A stretch of 64,000 nucleotides of DNA from Dehalococcoidia bacterium (GTDB lineage: Bacteria; Chloroflexota; Dehalococcoidia; Lucifugimonadales; UBA3495), in the NCBI GenBank assembly GCA_965261355.1, contig CBDHDK010000002.1:2456-66455 (forward strand), given 5' to 3'. How positions within the stretch are numbered: position 1 is the first letter of the stretch; each line of letters opens with the position of its first letter. Below the pieces are notes generated by a model that ran no database searches, was not told the DNA's origin, and worked only from the letters and a program-made list of their open reading frames with translations. A program made the position numbers and the translations under genes. Shown here in pieces: positions 61,601 to 64,000 of this stretch.

Positions 61601-63664
61601 ATGGGTTCGACACTAAATGGACTGACAAAACCGGTTGAATTGGCGGACAAAGTCAAGAAAGCGATAAGCCACTCGCACAGGTACTTCCGGGCGTCGCAGC
61701 ACCCCGACGGCTACTGGTGGGGTGAACTGGAGTCGAACCCGACGATGGAAGCCGAGTACCTGATGCTGAGCCACTTCATGGGTCGTCAGAACCCGGAGAG
61801 GTGGAGGAAGGTCGCCAACTACATAGTGGGCAAACAGCAGGATGACGGTTCATGGGGGCAGTATTATGAGGCGCCCGGAGACGTCAGCACCAGCGTGGAA
61901 TGCTATTTCGCGCTGAAGCTGGCGGGCCATTCGCCAAATTCGCCGGAGATGGCAAAGGCTCGAGAGTTCATCCTGAGCAAAGGCGGGGTGGAGAAGACGC
62001 GGGTTTTTACGAAAATCTGGCTGGCGTTGTTCGGTCAGTGGGAGTGGAGCGGGACGCCGAATCTGCCGCCGGAGTTGATCCTTTTGCCGTCGTGGGCGCC
62101 ATTCAACATCTACGAGTTTTCTAGCTGGGCGAGGGCAACGATAGTGCCCATGAGCATCATACTGACTGAACGGCCTTTCTGCCCTGTGCCGGATTCGGCA
62201 CGGATTGACGAACTGTATCCCGATGGGAGGCAATCCGCGGACTTTTCTCTGTCGGTTCCCGACGACTGGATATCGCGGGGCCTGTTCACCCTTGACCGCC
62301 TGATGAACATCTATCGCAAGTCGCCAATGCAGCCGCTGAGAGGACTGGCCCGCAAGAGAGCAATTCAGTGGATCTTGGAGCATCAGGAAGAGGACGGCGC
62401 ATGGGGAGGCATTCAGCCGCCCTGGGTGTATTCGTTGATAGCGCTGCAGCACGCGGGAGGGGACGAGTTCTCGGACGCGCTGGACAAGGGGTTCGACGGT
62501 TTCGACTCGTTCGCCATCGAGGATGAGGACACCTGCTCGGTCCAAGCCTGCATTTCACCGGTGTGGGACACATGCCTGGCCCAGGTTGCGCTGTTGGAAT
62601 CCGGAGTGCCAGCGGACGATCCGCTTGTCCAAAAGTCCAGCCAGTGGCTCATGGACAACCAAATCCTGGAGGAAGGTGACTGGGCCGTCCGCGCGAAGGG
62701 AACACCTCCCGGAGGCTGGGCCTTCGAGTTTCACAACGACAAGTACCCGGACATAGACGACTCCTCCGAGGTCATCATCGCGCTGGAGCTGGCCAGGCTG
62801 GAAGGGGCAGAAGAGGAACGCCGGCAGGAGGCAATCAGGCGAGGTGTGGACTGGATTGAAGGAATGCAGTCCCGGAGCGGCGGCTGGGCCGCCTTCGACA
62901 AGGACAACGACCGATGGTATGTGGCGAAGATACCGTTCTCGGACTTCGGGGAAACGCTGGACCCGCCGAGCGCCGACGTTACAGCCCACATTCTGGAGAT
63001 GTACGGTCGGCTGGGCTACTCGCTGGAGCATCCGCCGGTACAGCGCGGCTACCAGTACCTGCGGCAAGAGCAGGAGTTGGATGGCCCATGGTTCGGCCGG
63101 TGGGGAGTCAACTTCATCTATGGCACAGGGGCAGCGCTACCAGCCCTGGAGGCCATCGGCGAAGACATGGGCCAGCCCTTCATCCGTCGCGCGGTGGAGT
63201 GGCTGTTGGCCCACCAGAACGATGACGGCGGCTGGGGAGAATGCTGCGGGTCGTACGTGGACGAATCGCTCAGGGGGGTCGGCTCCTCCACGGCATCGCA
63301 GACAGCGTGGGCGCTTCTGGCGCTCATAGCAGCCGGGGAGGCGGGTTCGGAAGCGTGCCGAAGAGGGGTGAGGTACCTGCTGGACATTCAGCAGCCTGAC
63401 GGAAGCTGGGACGAACCCTACTTTACCGGTACCGGCTTCCCGGGTTACCGGATCGGGCAACCGCCCAAGGGAATGCCAAAACGCGGAGAGGCCGAATACC
63501 AGGGCCTGGATATGCCAGCCGGATTCATGATCAACTATCACCTCTACAGGAACTATTGGCCCCTGCTGGCGCTGGGTCGCTTCGACAGGGCCACGTCGGA
63601 AGGCGGCTGGGGAGCTGCCGTCAAGACCGAGGGCGAAGAGAGCCGCGTCAGTTCGAAGGCGTAG
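61601..63664 (+). CDS. shc: squalene-hopene cyclase
   Basis: QW repeats (..DGSWGQYY.., ..DGAWGGIQ.., ..SGGWAAFD.., ..DGGWGE.., ..DGSWDE..), a catalytic DxDD region ..YPDIDDSSEVI.., ..GRWGVNFIYGT.. Confidence 0.9.
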   Translation: MGSTLNGLTKPVELADKVKKAISHSHRYFRASQHPDGYWWGELESNPTMEAEYLMLSHFMGRQNPERWRKVANYIVGKQQDDGSWGQYYEAPGDVSTSVECYFALKLAGHSPNSPEMAKAREFILSKGGVEKTRVFTKIWLALFGQWEWSGTPNLPPELILLPSWAPFNIYEFSSWARATIVPMSIILTERPFCPVPDSARIDELYPDGRQSADFSLSVPDDWISRGLFTLDRLMNIYRKSPMQPLRGLARKRAIQWILEHQEEDGAWGGIQPPWVYSLIALQHAGGDEFSDALDKGFDGFDSFAIEDEDTCSVQACISPVWDTCLAQVALLESGVPADDPLVQKSSQWLMDNQILEEGDWAVRAKGTPPGGWAFEFHNDKYPDIDDSSEVIIALELARLEGAEEERRQEAIRRGVDWIEGMQSRSGGWAAFDKDNDRWYVAKIPFSDFGETLDPPSADVTAHILEMYGRLGYSLEHPPVQRGYQYLRQEQELDGPWFGRWGVNFIYGTGAALPALEAIGEDMGQPFIRRAVEWLLAHQNDDGGWGECCGSYVDESLRGVGSSTASQTAWALLALIAAGEAGSEACRRGVRYLLDIQQPDGSWDEPYFTGTGFPGYRIGQPPKGMPKRGEAEYQGLDMPAGFMINYHLYRNYWPLLALGRFDRATSEGGWGAAVKTEGEESRVSSKA

Positions 63665-63704
63665 CCCACGCAGGCCCGACCCACCGAATGTGAGGAATCG
63701 AACA

Positions 63705-64000
63705 ATGAAGAGCAAGACGTTCTGTCTCAGGGTCAAAACCGAGGAAGCACCCCAGTTTATCGACATTACTGACTGGGTATCGGGCTGCATTTCGGAATCC
63801 ACGATAGCCAACGGGTTTGCGGTCGTATTCTCCAAGCACACCACAGCAGCGGTGAAGATCAACGAGAACGAGCCCCTGCTGCTGGAAGACATGGCGGCAT
63901 TCCTCGAAGGCGTCGCGCCCCGACACGCAGCGTACCGGCACAACGACTTCGAGATTCGAACGGTCAACATGAATCCGGATGAGTCGCCCAACGGTCATGC
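63705..64000 (+). CDS. YjbQ/UPF0047-family protein (3' end beyond window)
   Basis: Not in the track (no stop inside the window). MKSKTFCLRVKTEEAPQFIDITDWVSGCISESTIANGFAVVFSKHTTAAVKINENEPLLLEDMAAFLEGVAPRHAAYRHNDFE..NGH. Confidence 0.7.
   Translation, partial: MKSKTFCLRVKTEEAPQFIDITDWVSGCISESTIANGFAVVFSKHTTAAVKINENEPLLLEDMAAFLEGVAPRHAAYRHNDFEIRTVNMNPDESPNGH

Overview
High-GC bacterial chromosomal segment; hand-counted 60-nt samples give about 68% GC in core genes against 45-53% in two accessory patches. Gene content points to a monoderm Chloroflexota-like, possibly SAR202-like, organism, but this is inference only. Supporting content: a SufBCDSU-type Fe-S operon, an LPXTG sorting signal, paralogous CoxL-like Mo-hydroxylase subunits, luciferase-like monooxygenase, enoyl-CoA hydratase, acyl-CoA dehydrogenase and a hopanoid cluster. 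Core genes: bioY, an MBL hydrolase, rho, transaldolase, pyrG, sufB-C-D-S-U plus a second sufU-like gene, tatD, ppdK, a CotH/LTD lipoprotein, a coxM-coxS-coxL-coxL-like cluster, MogA/MoaB, a DUF1501/DUF1800 pair, and polyprenyl synthase-hpnH-hpnG-hpnA-shc. No rRNA, tRNA or CRISPR was seen. Mobile and accessory content: (1) a decayed lower-GC island at about 0.6-6.1 kb carrying an HNH relic, a PD-(D/E)xK-like protein, small coupled genes, a truncated transposase, and a small serine recombinase with a three-subsite res-like region. (2) A nested IS structure: an IS1380-like element split by an IS1182-like and an IS110-like insertion, the latter with a candidate bridge-RNA region, plus a second intact IS1380-like copy. 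(3) Two inverted copies of a roughly 1-kb element bounded by terminal inverted repeats (TIRs) and target-site duplications (TSDs), with no recognisable transposase. It carries a conserved 115-aa ORF and an internal MITE-like module, and one copy splits a TauE/SafE-like gene. (4) A low-GC two-gene cassette (DUF4365-like nuclease plus a 377-aa unknown) between an aldo/keto reductase and ppdK. This cassette is my best candidate for an undescribed (defence-like) system. Several genes carry single lesions: an amber codon in a tag-like gene, a 1-nt frameshift in the first coxL-like gene, and a Uma2 relic. All family assignments come from motif recognition by eye; no searches were run.
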